Assembly: GCA_030529605.1 (NCBI GenBank) | Contig: JAUMWO010000001.1 | Location: 1 to 61,161, forward strand | Length of the DNA stretch: 61,161 nt | DNA from: Bacillota bacterium | GTDB taxonomy: Bacteria > Bacillota > Clostridia > Peptostreptococcales > Acidaminobacteraceae | Direction: 5' to 3' | Shown here: positions 29,721 through 37,947 of the stretch, in pieces | Numbering within the stretch: the first letter of the stretch is position 1 | Layout: every line of letters starts with the position of its first letter | The notes under the pieces: model-generated | Seen by the model: the letters and a program-made list of their open reading frames with translations, nothing else | Told to the model about the DNA's origin: nothing | Database searches by the model: none | Position numbers and translations under genes: made by a program

Positions 29721-31292
29721 CTATTCTCGGTCCGGCACATCTTGTTCCGGCAAAAAGCCGCAGACACGCTCTCGAATCGGCTCCAAGATGCTCTCGTCTC
29801 CGTGTCGTTTGCTCAGAGCCGACAAAGCGATGTGTCCGCCGCTGTCCATCCCCTGGCAGCCCGCCAAGAGAATGACATCTCCCGGTTCCGCCGCGTCTAC
29901 GACCCGGCGCACGGCATCCGTCAACCGGTCATAGTAATCGACCGCGATCCCTGCCTGATTCATGCAGTCAAGGAATACCGCTTTTTCCTCCGGAGTGACG
30001 GCGTCTTTCGAGGTGACGGTATCGATGGACGAGCTTGCGACGATTCTGTTCACTCCGAGACGTTCGAGATGCTTCACCATCGCTTCGGCATTTTCCCGAT
30101 TGACCGTCGTCCCGCGGAAGCCTCGCACTCCATAGCAGAGATGGAAGGTCCGATAGCTCATTTTGTGGATGGTCTCGAAAGTGACATCGATGTTGCCCGG
30201 ATTGGCAAAGTGGTCGTCAAAGATTTTGAATTCGCGGTCATAGATGCATTCGAAGCGTCGTTCGACTCCTCGGAAATTCTCCAAACCCTGCTTGATATGC
30301 TTCGCATCGATTCGGAGACCTTGGTTGCGGTTTTTCGGCGAATCCAACATCGCGCGCACGATGGTAGCAGCTGCCAGAGCGTTGATGACATTGTGGTAAC
30401 CGGAGACATTCAACGTGATTTCGATCCGCTCGCCGTCGAGCAGGAAAGAGAATTTCCCTCTTCCTGTGCTCAGGTCGAGATGTTGCAGGCTACAAAACGC
30501 ATCCGGACGCTTTACGGAAAAGCCGTAGCATCCGGCCGCCGTCTCTCGAGTGAGTGCTCGGATCCGCTCGTCATCTTCGTTGTAAACGAAGATGGCATCT
30601 CGGGAAAGTCGTTTCACCGCGGACGCTTTGAGCCCGAAGTAGGTCTCGAAATCGCCGTGATCGTCGATGTGCTCCCGCGAAATGTTCGCAAACGAAAGGA
30701 CATCGTAATCGATGCCGTACACACGGTTCATCGCGATCGAGATCGATGACACTTCCATCGTACAGGCCTTGAAGCCGCTGTCAACCATGTCGCGCAGATA
30801 ACTCTGCAGATGGGTCGAGTCGGGAGTGGTGAGCAACGACGGCACGACGCGCTTACCGGTCCGGGCAAACACCGTACCGAGCAGACCGGACTCGATGCCG
30901 GCCGCCTTGATGATCTCATCGACCATAAAACTGGTGGAAGTCTTGCCATTGCTAGCAGTGATACCCACCATAATCAAAGAATCCGCCGGATGTCTCTCGA
31001 AATTCGCCGCCATGACGGCGAGCGCACGACGCGTATCCTTGACGCGAATGACCGCTGCCTCGGTCTCGACCTCAGCGCCGTCCTCGACGACGACCGCGAT
31101 TGCGCCGCGTCTTACGGCATCCGGAATATACTTAGCTCCGAGCTCCAGTTTCCCGACATGCGCGACAAAAACCCAGCCGCTTTCGATTTCTCGCGAATCG
31201 CAGCTCAGACCCTTGACATCCCATGTTTCAGTATCAGCGGAAGAACGATCGAATTTGTAATCGACACCTTGTAAAATATCTGCTAATTTCAT
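29721..31292 (-). CDS. Mur ligase family protein, divergent MurE paralogue
   Basis: The MurE-like layout is retained: GITASNGKTS P-loop, TTPDS, MEVSS, FANISREHIDDHG and SGYHNVINALAA. The C-terminal substrate-domain motifs are altered (see finding). Confidence 0.8.
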   Translation of the reverse strand: MKLADILQGVDYKFDRSSADTETWDVKGLSCDSREIESGWVFVAHVGKLELGAKYIPDAVRRGAIAVVVEDGAEVETEAAVIRVKDTRRALAVMAANFERHPADSLIMVGITASNGKTSTSFMVDEIIKAAGIESGLLGTVFARTGKRVVPSLLTTPDSTHLQSYLRDMVDSGFKACTMEVSSISIAMNRVYGIDYDVLSFANISREHIDDHGDFETYFGLKASAVKRLSRDAIFVYNEDDERIRALTRETAAGCYGFSVKRPDAFCSLQHLDLSTGRGKFSFLLDGERIEITLNVSGYHNVINALAAATIVRAMLDSPKNRNQGLRIDAKHIKQGLENFRGVERRFECIYDREFKIFDDHFANPGNIDVTFETIHKMSYRTFHLCYGVRGFRGTTVNRENAEAMVKHLERLGVNRIVASSSIDTVTSKDAVTPEEKAVFLDCMNQAGIAVDYYDRLTDAVRRVVDAAEPGDVILLAGCQGMDSGGHIALSALSKRHGDESILEPIRERVCGFLPEQDVPDRE

Positions 31293-31309
31293 AAAATCCT
31301 CGCATCGCC

Positions 31310-31338
31310 ATTATAGCATTGATACGTCGGTCCGTAAA
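31310..31338 (-). promoter_or_regulatory. Extended -10 promoter for the MurE-like/GNAT operon
   Basis: The minus strand reads TTTACG-N17-TATAAT with TGC immediately upstream of the -10 element (TGnTATAAT). It lies about 18 nt upstream of the ATG at 31292. Confidence 0.45.
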
Positions 31339-31380
31339 TCCGGACACGCTCCCAACAATTCAAATTTCGGGGCTGCACAG

Positions 31381-31411
31381 CACAAGAAAACCGCCGATCA
31401 CTCGGCGGTTT
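31381..31411 (-). terminator. Rho-independent terminator after rubrerythrin
   Basis: The minus strand reads AAACCGCCGA-GTGA-TCGGCGGTTT followed by TCTTGTG. Confidence 0.6.
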
Positions 31412-31487
31412 CGGGTCAGAATGACGACGCAAGCCGGAGCGCGGAGCAACGACACGGAGTCCGACTCGGAGCCCGTTGGGACTCGGC

Positions 31488-32060
31488 TTAGTAATTGGTC
31501 TCTTTGAGTTCGAAGTATTCTTGCGGATGCTGACAAGCCGGACAAACACCCGGCGCACTCGTGCCCTCATGAACATATCCACACTTCGCGCACTTCCATC
31601 GGCGAGGCTCTGCTCGACGGAATACGAGTTCTTTCTCGATGTTCTCAGCGAGCTTGCGATAGCGATTTTCATGCTCGAGTTCCGCTTTCGCGATCATCTC
31701 AAATGCGACCGCTACCTTAGGGAAGCCTTCTTCCTTCGCTTTCGCCGCAAACGCAGGATAAAGATCCGCCCATTCTTCGTGCTCGCCATGCGCTGCAGCA
31801 AGAAGGTTTTCTTTCGTGTTGCCTACGACACCTGCCGGATACATCGCCGTGATCTCGACATCTCCGCCCTCCAGGAAATGGAAGAAACGATTCGCGTGAA
31901 TGCGCTCGTTGTCCGCCGTCTCCAAGAAGATCGCCGCGATCTGGTGGTATCCCTCTTTGGTCGCTTGCGACGCAAACATCTGGTATCGGTTGCGTGCCTG
32001 TGACTCACCTGCAAATGCTTTGAGCAGGTTCTTTTCGGTTTCCGTTCCTTTGATTGACAT
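31488..32060 (-). CDS. rbr: Rubrerythrin
   Basis: Di-iron four-helix bundle with ExxH motifs (EGYHQ..., ELEHEN). C-terminal rubredoxin-like CAKCG...CPAC. Confidence 0.95.
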   Translation of the reverse strand: MSIKGTETEKNLLKAFAGESQARNRYQMFASQATKEGYHQIAAIFLETADNERIHANRFFHFLEGGDVEITAMYPAGVVGNTKENLLAAAHGEHEEWADLYPAFAAKAKEEGFPKVAVAFEMIAKAELEHENRYRKLAENIEKELVFRRAEPRRWKCAKCGYVHEGTSAPGVCPACQHPQEYFELKETNY

Positions 32061-32110
32061 AATAACCCCCTATTCTCGTTCGCTCCCCGGAGGAAGCGAT
32101 ATTGCAAGAT

Positions 32111-32151
32111 GAGAAAAAGAACCCGGCGGGGTTTCGCCGCCCTCCGCCGGG
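32111..32151 (-). terminator. Rho-independent terminator after ferritin
   Basis: The minus strand has CCCGGCGG...CCGCCGGG stem arms followed by TTCTTTTTCTC. Confidence 0.7.
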
Positions 32152-32171
32152 ATTTCCATCATCTTGTCGTT

Positions 32172-32675
32172 CTAAGCTGTAGGTTCCGTGAACACACGAG
32201 TTTGGAACTCGCGATCGAGTTGCAGGAGACCGACTCCGCTGTCGCCGATCATCTTGAGTTCGTTCACGATCTGCTCTGCCGAGCTTTCTTCTTCGACCTG
32301 CTCGTCGATGAACCAAACGCAAAGGTTGCGAGTCGGACGATCCTTCTCTGCCTCCGCGATTTCAGCAATGTCGTTGATCATCTGCGTGACCAATTTCTCA
32401 TGCGCGAGTGCTTCCTCAAACGCGTGCAGTGGAGAGTTCCACTCAGTCTTCGGCTTTTCGATCGCGTCGAGCACCACGCGCGCACCGCGGTCGATCAGGA
32501 AGTTGAGGAACTTCATCGCATGGAACTGCTCCTCCTGGAATTGCACACGCATCCAGTTTGCAAATCCCGGAAGGTTGATGTCTTCGAAATAAGCAGCCAT
32601 GGAAAGATACATATACGCCGAGTAGAACTCCGCGTTGATCTGTTTGTTGATCACATTTTGTAATTTCTGATTCAT
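32172..32675 (-). CDS. ftn: Non-haem ferritin
   Basis: Trimmed to the ATG at 32675 (MNQKLQNVINKQINAEFYSAYMYLSMAAYF...QEEQFHAMKF). Confidence 0.9.
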   Translation of the reverse strand: MNQKLQNVINKQINAEFYSAYMYLSMAAYFEDINLPGFANWMRVQFQEEQFHAMKFLNFLIDRGARVVLDAIEKPKTEWNSPLHAFEEALAHEKLVTQMINDIAEIAEAEKDRPTRNLCVWFIDEQVEEESSAEQIVNELKMIGDSGVGLLQLDREFQTRVFTEPTA

Positions 32676-32685
32676 ATGTCTCCCT

Positions 32686-33054
32686 TTATGCTTTCCACAG
32701 ACCGTGGAGATTGCAGTATTCACGCGCGTAGAGCGCCTTTTCTTTCGTGTAGAATGTCGCAACCGGCGGTTCACCCGGCTTGAGGAAGCGAATCATCACT
32801 TCATTCTCCGTGACGAGCTCGATCCACTCGATCAAATGCTCTTCCGTCATCGGGTGGAGCGTCGTGCCGACCGTCACCTTGTAGCCGCCCTCGATCTCTT
32901 CGATCACAGGAACATGCTTCTCCGTCGCCTTATCCGCGGTGCGCTCGACCATTTTTTCCATCGGTTGTCCATTGCATTGGAGTTCAACGTCTCCGCCTCG
33001 CAGTTTCTCGACGATGACATCGCTTCCGCCACATTTGTAAACTTCTAACTTCAT
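32686..33054 (-). CDS. sor: Superoxide reductase (desulfoferrodoxin-like, degenerate centre I)
   Basis: Centre II ligands are intact (EKHVP, HPM, EEH, CNLHG). The N-terminal desulforedoxin-like domain keeps only 2 of 4 Cys. Confidence 0.9.
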   Translation of the reverse strand: MKLEVYKCGGSDVIVEKLRGGDVELQCNGQPMEKMVERTADKATEKHVPVIEEIEGGYKVTVGTTLHPMTEEHLIEWIELVTENEVMIRFLKPGEPPVATFYTKEKALYAREYCNLHGLWKA

Positions 33055-33078
33055 AGTAAACCCCCTTTGATCCTTCGA

Positions 33079-33486
33079 TCACGATTTTTTACATTCCTTG
33101 CAGACTCCGAACACCATAAACTGGCGTTCTCGAACCTCAAATCCGTCCAAACTTCTTCGCATCGCCTCCGCATCGATCTCCAAATCGATATCAAAGATCT
33201 TGCGGCAGACCAAGCATTGGAAATGCCCGTGAAAATCCATAATCGCGTCAAAATGTTGCTCCGAATCGTCGACATGGATGGCACGCACAATTTGTTTTTC
33301 AACAAAGAGCTTCAGTGTGTTATAGATTGTGGTTTTTGACAGAGTCGGCATCGACGGTCCGAGCGCTCCATAGATCTTATCGACGGTCGGATGGTCGTAA
33401 TTGTCCATCAGATACTCGTAGATACGAATCCTTTGTACGGAAGGCTTGATCCCATTCTCTTTTAATAGTTCAACAATGCGGTCCAT
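33079..33486 (-). CDS. perR: Fur-family regulator, PerR-like by context
   Basis: QRIRIYEYL wHTH, HGH motif, and two CxxC pairs (CLVC, CKEC). It is embedded in an oxidative-stress gene cluster. Confidence 0.8.
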   Translation of the reverse strand: MDRIVELLKENGIKPSVQRIRIYEYLMDNYDHPTVDKIYGALGPSMPTLSKTTIYNTLKLFVEKQIVRAIHVDDSEQHFDAIMDFHGHFQCLVCRKIFDIDLEIDAEAMRRSLDGFEVRERQFMVFGVCKECKKS

Positions 33487-33522
33487 TCAGGATTCTCCTT
33501 GCCGATGCTTCTGTTTTTTCCT

Positions 33523-33555
33523 AAAAAATTACGGCGGCAGCCTCGCTGCACGCCG
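33523..33555 (-). terminator. Rho-independent terminator after rubredoxin
   Basis: The minus strand reads CGGCGTGCAGC-GAG-GCTGCCGCCG followed by TAATTTTTT. Confidence 0.6.
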
Positions 33556-33567
33556 TGTTCCGCGTGA

Positions 33568-33726
33568 TTAGCTCAGCGGCTCGAACATATCTTTACCAAC
33601 TCCGCAGAGCGGGCATACCCAATCCTCAGGAAGATCAGCAAACTCAGTGCCTGCAGCGATTCCGCTGTCCGGATCTCCTTGCGCAGGATCGTAGATATAT
33701 CCACAAGCTACACATTCGTACTTCAT
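33568..33726 (-). CDS. rub: Rubredoxin (52 aa)
   Basis: Below the ORF-track length cutoff. My translation is [52 protein letters not shown], with CxxC...CPxC and SD AAAGGAG. Confidence 0.9.
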   Translation of the reverse strand: MKYECVACGYIYDPAQGDPDSGIAAGTEFADLPEDWVCPLCGVGKDMFEPLS

Positions 33727-33747
33727 CGAATTCTCCTTTCTCTCAGT

Positions 33748-33762
33748 TTGTATTCGTTACAA
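33748..33762. promoter_or_regulatory. PerR/Fur-box-like 7-1-7 inverted repeat
   Basis: TTGTAACGAATACAA (minus strand) matches 11 of 14 positions of the B. subtilis PerR box TTATAATNATTATAA. It starts 5 nt downstream of the -10 element. Confidence 0.35.
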
Positions 33763-33766
33763 GTTG

Positions 33767-33795
33767 ATACTAACACCAGCCATCCGGCTTGTCAA
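33767..33795 (-). promoter_or_regulatory. Sigma-70-type promoter of the rubredoxin gene
   Basis: The minus strand reads TTGACA-N17-TAGTAT. Confidence 0.55.
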
Positions 33796-33848
33796 CGAAA
33801 TATACGTCTCATTTACCCATTTTCTCAGATATGGAGTAAGAAAGATTA

Positions 33849-35222
33849 TTAATTAACTCGCTGTTCTCCGAGAACTAAATTCAATTCCATAAAAGTTCCA
33901 TTGCGATAAAGACCAATTTTGATGGGCTCCCCCGCATTCTTTCCGCTGAGGGTCGCGCTGAGTTGTTGCATGGTCGTCACCGGCTCGTCGTCGATCGACA
34001 CTAGGTAATCGCCGATCTTGATGCCATATTGTTCGGCAGCGGCACCCGGGATCAAATCCACCACCCGAATCGCTGCCAGCTCTTCGGAATTGAAATCCGT
34101 CCCTCGGATTCCGATAAAGGCCTTGGTGCTGTAGCCCTTCTCGACCAATTGCGGGAAAATTTGACGGAGCAGCGACGACGGGATCGAAAAGCCGATTCCT
34201 TCGACTTCGACATCCTTGATCTTTGCGGTATTGATGCCGATCAGTTGTCCTGCCGCGTTGACCAGCGCTCCGCCGGAATTGCCCGGGTTGATCGCCGCAT
34301 CCGTCTGGATGTATTTCACCGAACCGGCGCCCTCAACGAAGCGATCGACCGCCGAGATGATGCCCGCCGTGACCGTGTTGGAATAGCCGATCGGGTTCCC
34401 GATCGCGATCGCCCGCTCGCCGACGCGGATATCGCCTGAATCCGCGATCTCAATCGGACGGATGTAGTCGATCTGATCCGCAGTCAAATCCGACTTTCGC
34501 ACCGAGAGCATCGCGATGTCCTTTTCGGAATCGGTCCCGAGCACGGTGGCTTTCGCGCGCGTCTTGGTGTTGAAATCGACATAGATGCTGCGATAGTCTT
34601 CGATCACATGGTAATTGGTGACCACGAGGATCGCATCCTCCGTCTCTTGAAGCACCACACCCGAACCGTTGCTCGTAAACGCCCCGACCGGGCCGAAACG
34701 CTCGACGCTGAATCCGTCGACATGAATGCCCGCCACGGACGGCAACACCTTTTGATAAATCTCCGGGATCGAATCCCCGGCCACCACCGTCTGCGGCATC
34801 ACATTTTCCACGCCGTTCTCGTTGATGTAGCGATGCACGGCGGAGCGAATCTCCGAGTTCCAAGTCTGCGAAGAAAGCTTCTCATAATTTGCCCGGATGT
34901 GGTCGTCGGTCGAAGCATATTTGACGCCGAGCCCGAACGCGACGACGATCAGGATGGCGGTGATACCGAGCCAGAGCACGGTCGCCAGCAACCGCTTGCT
35001 TTGCTGTCTTTTGTAAGCCTGCACCGTCGAGGCGAGCCCGCGGTTGACTTCGCGCACAACGACCTCGTTGAGCTTGCGCTCCGCGATGCGATCGATTTTT
35101 TCGTAGAGCGTGTTGAGCACATCGCTGTACGGATTGGCTCCGCGCCGGTCCTGCTGGCCGTCATTCGGACGCGGATCGGTCACGGAAGGTTGGGAAAATC
35201 GTTTCGAATCAAACTCTTGCAT
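33849..35222 (-). CDS. htrA: HtrA/DegP-family serine protease with TM anchor and PDZ domain
   Basis: Trypsin-like triad context (TNYHV, DIAML, GNSGGAL) plus a C-terminal PDZ domain. Confidence 0.9.
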   Translation of the reverse strand: MQEFDSKRFSQPSVTDPRPNDGQQDRRGANPYSDVLNTLYEKIDRIAERKLNEVVVREVNRGLASTVQAYKRQQSKRLLATVLWLGITAILIVVAFGLGVKYASTDDHIRANYEKLSSQTWNSEIRSAVHRYINENGVENVMPQTVVAGDSIPEIYQKVLPSVAGIHVDGFSVERFGPVGAFTSNGSGVVLQETEDAILVVTNYHVIEDYRSIYVDFNTKTRAKATVLGTDSEKDIAMLSVRKSDLTADQIDYIRPIEIADSGDIRVGERAIAIGNPIGYSNTVTAGIISAVDRFVEGAGSVKYIQTDAAINPGNSGGALVNAAGQLIGINTAKIKDVEVEGIGFSIPSSLLRQIFPQLVEKGYSTKAFIGIRGTDFNSEELAAIRVVDLIPGAAAEQYGIKIGDYLVSIDDEPVTTMQQLSATLSGKNAGEPIKIGLYRNGTFMELNLVLGEQRVN

Positions 35223-35616
35223 TCCGTGCTCCTTTCTGATTTTTCGGAATCTTTATATACAATACCCCGGAGGCATAACTCGCTTCGATCTGATTCTCGT
35301 CGATCGACTCGATGTAAAACGAACGCTTGTATTTGCCGTAGCAACGCTCGCCCCGAATCAAAGTTCTGCCGTCCGTCGGCGTTCCGCGCGAACGGTACGC
35401 TTCGATTTCCAGATAATTGTCTTCGTACTGAATGTGAATATCCTGGATCGAAATCCCCGGAAGTTCCGCTTCAATATAGAAACATGCGTCGTCGGAATAG
35501 ACGTCGACATGGAAGGAAGTCGCGTTTTCGCCGCAGTTATACGGTCGCTCGTTCGTACGATGCGATGTCACCTCGTAAAACAGTAGGTCGAGCGCTTTTT
35601 TATGTGTTTGCTTCAT
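35209..35616 (-). CDS. Hsp20/alpha-crystallin family small heat-shock protein
   Basis: Trimmed to the ATG at 35616. The alpha-crystallin domain reads FHVDVYSDDACFYIEAELPGISIQDIHIQYEDNYLEIEA...ERCYGKYKRSFYI...ASYASGVLYIKIPK. Confidence 0.75.
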   Translation of the reverse strand: MKQTHKKALDLLFYEVTSHRTNERPYNCGENATSFHVDVYSDDACFYIEAELPGISIQDIHIQYEDNYLEIEAYRSRGTPTDGRTLIRGERCYGKYKRSFYIESIDENQIEASYASGVLYIKIPKNQKGARNARV

Positions 35617-37048
35617 GATGATTACTCGCTTTCTTAAAAATCTGCACCGGAATCGTAAAGATGAACGCCACGCCGATGTCCTCATTGGAGTACACCTCGA
35701 TCGTCTCATTGTGGGCATTGATGATTTCGCGCACGATCGAGAGACCGAGTCCGGACGATCGCTTTTCCAATCCACGGGATGCATCCAGTTTTTCAAAACG
35801 GTTCCAAATCCGCGCTCGTTCCTCCGGCGTCATCACCTTGCCGGTGTTGCTGATCCCGACATAGAATTTCTCATTTTTGAGCTCGGTTCGGATGCTGATC
35901 GCCCCCCCGACATCGACAAATTTTGTCGCATTGTCGAGCAGATTGTAGACGATGCGCTGGATGCCGTTGACATCGCCGTGCGCCAGAACATGCTCACGAT
36001 GCAGGTCGATATTGAGCTTGACCTGCTTCTCCAAAATAATGGTCTCAAACGAATCGAGCACGGTAAGGATCAATTGATTGAGGTCAAAATCGGTCTTGGA
36101 AAGCACCAGCTCGCCCGATTCCATCTTGGCAAGGTCGAGCAGGTTGTTGGACATGGTCAGCATCCGGTCGCATTCGGAGACCACGATGCCGAGGTACCGA
36201 TCCTGCTTCTCCCGATCGATGGTTCCGTCGAGAATCCCCGCGGTGTAACCTTTGATGGTCGTCAGAGGCGTACGGATATCATGCGAGAAACTCGACACGA
36301 AATTGCGACGCGCCCGCTCCTGCTTCTGGATGTCGTTGGCCATCTTGTTGAACGCATCAGCGAGTTCCGCCAGCTCATCCGTCCCGTTTTTTCTTCCCTT
36401 GATCCGCTGATCGAGCTGACCTTTGGCGATCTTGTCGGCGGATACTGCGATCGCCCGGATCTCGGAAGTCATTCGATTGGTGAGCAGATAGATGGAAACC
36501 AGCGCCAGGAAGGCGACGAGAACGAGCGAAACAAAGACGATCAAGGACACACGCGTGATGGTGTCGGCAATCTCGAGCATCGGCAAGCTGACAAAAATCG
36601 AGAACCGCTGCTCGCCGACACGTAGAGGAACTCCGACACGAAGCATCCGTTCCCGGTTGACGCCTTCGTTGACCAATGTCTTGGTGACTCCGCCCTCTCG
36701 GACATTTTGCCAGTCCGCATGCAGGCGCTCGACATCGGATTCGGTCAGACTGCCGAGATCTTGGTCGGTCCCGTAGATTCCGCCCTCTTCATCGACCAAC
36801 CATATCGTTCCACCCGAGTAACTGTCGAGCAAGAGCACCTGCTCCTTGACCAGAGACAGACTGATCCGATCGACATAACTCGCGTTGAGCAATGTCTCAT
36901 AATTGCCGATACGCGCCCGGATCTGTCCCGTTTCCTTTTCGATGAAATAGTTTTCGAGCGCAATCCGTACCCCGACGACGATCAGGATGAAGGAAAGCAG
37001 GAAGAGCAGCAGATACACGAACGAGAACTTTCGAAAAATCGAGTTCAT
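35600..37048 (-). CDS. Sensor histidine kinase (2 TM, HAMP, HisKA, HATPase_c)
   Basis: H-box SFSHDIRTPLT, N-box LLDNATKF and G-boxes (GLGLSIV). Confidence 0.9.
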   Translation of the reverse strand: MNSIFRKFSFVYLLLFLLSFILIVVGVRIALENYFIEKETGQIRARIGNYETLLNASYVDRISLSLVKEQVLLLDSYSGGTIWLVDEEGGIYGTDQDLGSLTESDVERLHADWQNVREGGVTKTLVNEGVNRERMLRVGVPLRVGEQRFSIFVSLPMLEIADTITRVSLIVFVSLVLVAFLALVSIYLLTNRMTSEIRAIAVSADKIAKGQLDQRIKGRKNGTDELAELADAFNKMANDIQKQERARRNFVSSFSHDIRTPLTTIKGYTAGILDGTIDREKQDRYLGIVVSECDRMLTMSNNLLDLAKMESGELVLSKTDFDLNQLILTVLDSFETIILEKQVKLNIDLHREHVLAHGDVNGIQRIVYNLLDNATKFVDVGGAISIRTELKNEKFYVGISNTGKVMTPEERARIWNRFEKLDASRGLEKRSSGLGLSIVREIINAHNETIEVYSNEDIGVAFIFTIPVQIFKKASNHHEANT

Positions 37049-37052
37049 ACGA

Positions 37053-37742
37053 TCAATCGTTGACCTTAAACTTGTAGCCTACGCCCCAAACGGTCTTGAT
37101 CTCCCAGTTTGTGCCGGGCTTATCGAATTTTTCGCGCAGCCGCTTGATGTGCACGTCGACCGTGCGCGTCTCACCGAAGAAGTCATAGCCCCAGATTTTG
37201 TCGAGGAGCTGCTCCCTCGTAAACACGCGATTCGGATTGCTTGCGAGATAAAAGAGCAGTTCGATCTCCTTCGGCGGAAGCTCGAAGGTCTCCCCGAAAT
37301 ACGTCACGACATAATTATCGAGGTTAATGGTCAGATGATCCAGTTCAACCACGCCTTTACTTTCCGGCGTCTCCGCGACTTTCGCACGGCGGAGCACTGC
37401 CTTGACGCGCGCCGCCATTTCCTTTCCATCAAATGGTTTCACGATATAGTCGTCCGCACCGAGCTCGAGTCCGATGATCTTGTCGAGCGTCTCGTCTTTG
37501 GCGGTGACCATGATAATCGGAACTTCAGCGATCTTTTTGATTTCTTTGAGCGTATCGTAGCCATCCATTCCCGGCATCATCAAGTCAAGCAAAATCAGAT
37601 CCGGCAAGGTTTGTCGAGCACGTTTGACCACCTCTTCGCCATTCGCGAATCCCTCGACTTCATAGCCTTCTTTGTCGAGATAGAGTTGGATCAATTCCCG
37701 GATATTCGGATCGTCGTCCACGACATAAATCTTCTTGTTCAT
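37053..37742 (-). CDS. OmpR/PhoB-family response regulator
   Basis: Trimmed to the ATG at 37742 (MNKKIYVVDDDPNIREL, SD GGAGAGGAG). Receiver domain plus a winged-helix C-terminus (TVWGVGYKF). Confidence 0.93.
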   Translation of the reverse strand: MNKKIYVVDDDPNIRELIQLYLDKEGYEVEGFANGEEVVKRARQTLPDLILLDLMMPGMDGYDTLKEIKKIAEVPIIMVTAKDETLDKIIGLELGADDYIVKPFDGKEMAARVKAVLRRAKVAETPESKGVVELDHLTINLDNYVVTYFGETFELPPKEIELLFYLASNPNRVFTREQLLDKIWGYDFFGETRTVDVHIKRLREKFDKPGTNWEIKTVWGVGYKFKVND

Positions 37743-37914
37743 GCGATCTCCTCTCCGCGTAGGCATTTGAGCCTCTACGCTCTCATAACGCATTCATTAT
37801 AGCCTCTCGCGAGGAGTCAAAAAACATCAGTAAAGACATTATGTGTAAATAAATTATGTCGAAGCCGCTTCGAGCGATAGCCGGAGAGAATGTATGTAAG
37901 CGATAAAACATCAT

Positions 37915-37944
37915 AAAAAAGAGCTGTCGAATGCTCGACAGCTC
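37915..37944 (-). terminator. Rho-independent terminator of the tRNA pair
   Basis: Perfect 10-bp stem (gagctgtcga/tcgacagctc) with a 4-nt loop, followed on the minus strand by TTTTTT. Confidence 0.75.
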
Positions 37945-37947
37945 GGA

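Noticed and set aside
33555-33767. A 70-aa plus-strand ORF in the perR-htrA gap.
   Set aside because: The opposite strand encodes a textbook rubredoxin with SD, promoter and terminator.
37796-37820. TTGACT and TATAAT hexamers upstream of the response-regulator gene.
   Set aside because: The spacer is only 13 nt, which is incompatible with a functional sigma-70 -35/-10 pair. I did not call a promoter; TATAAT may act with another upstream element.
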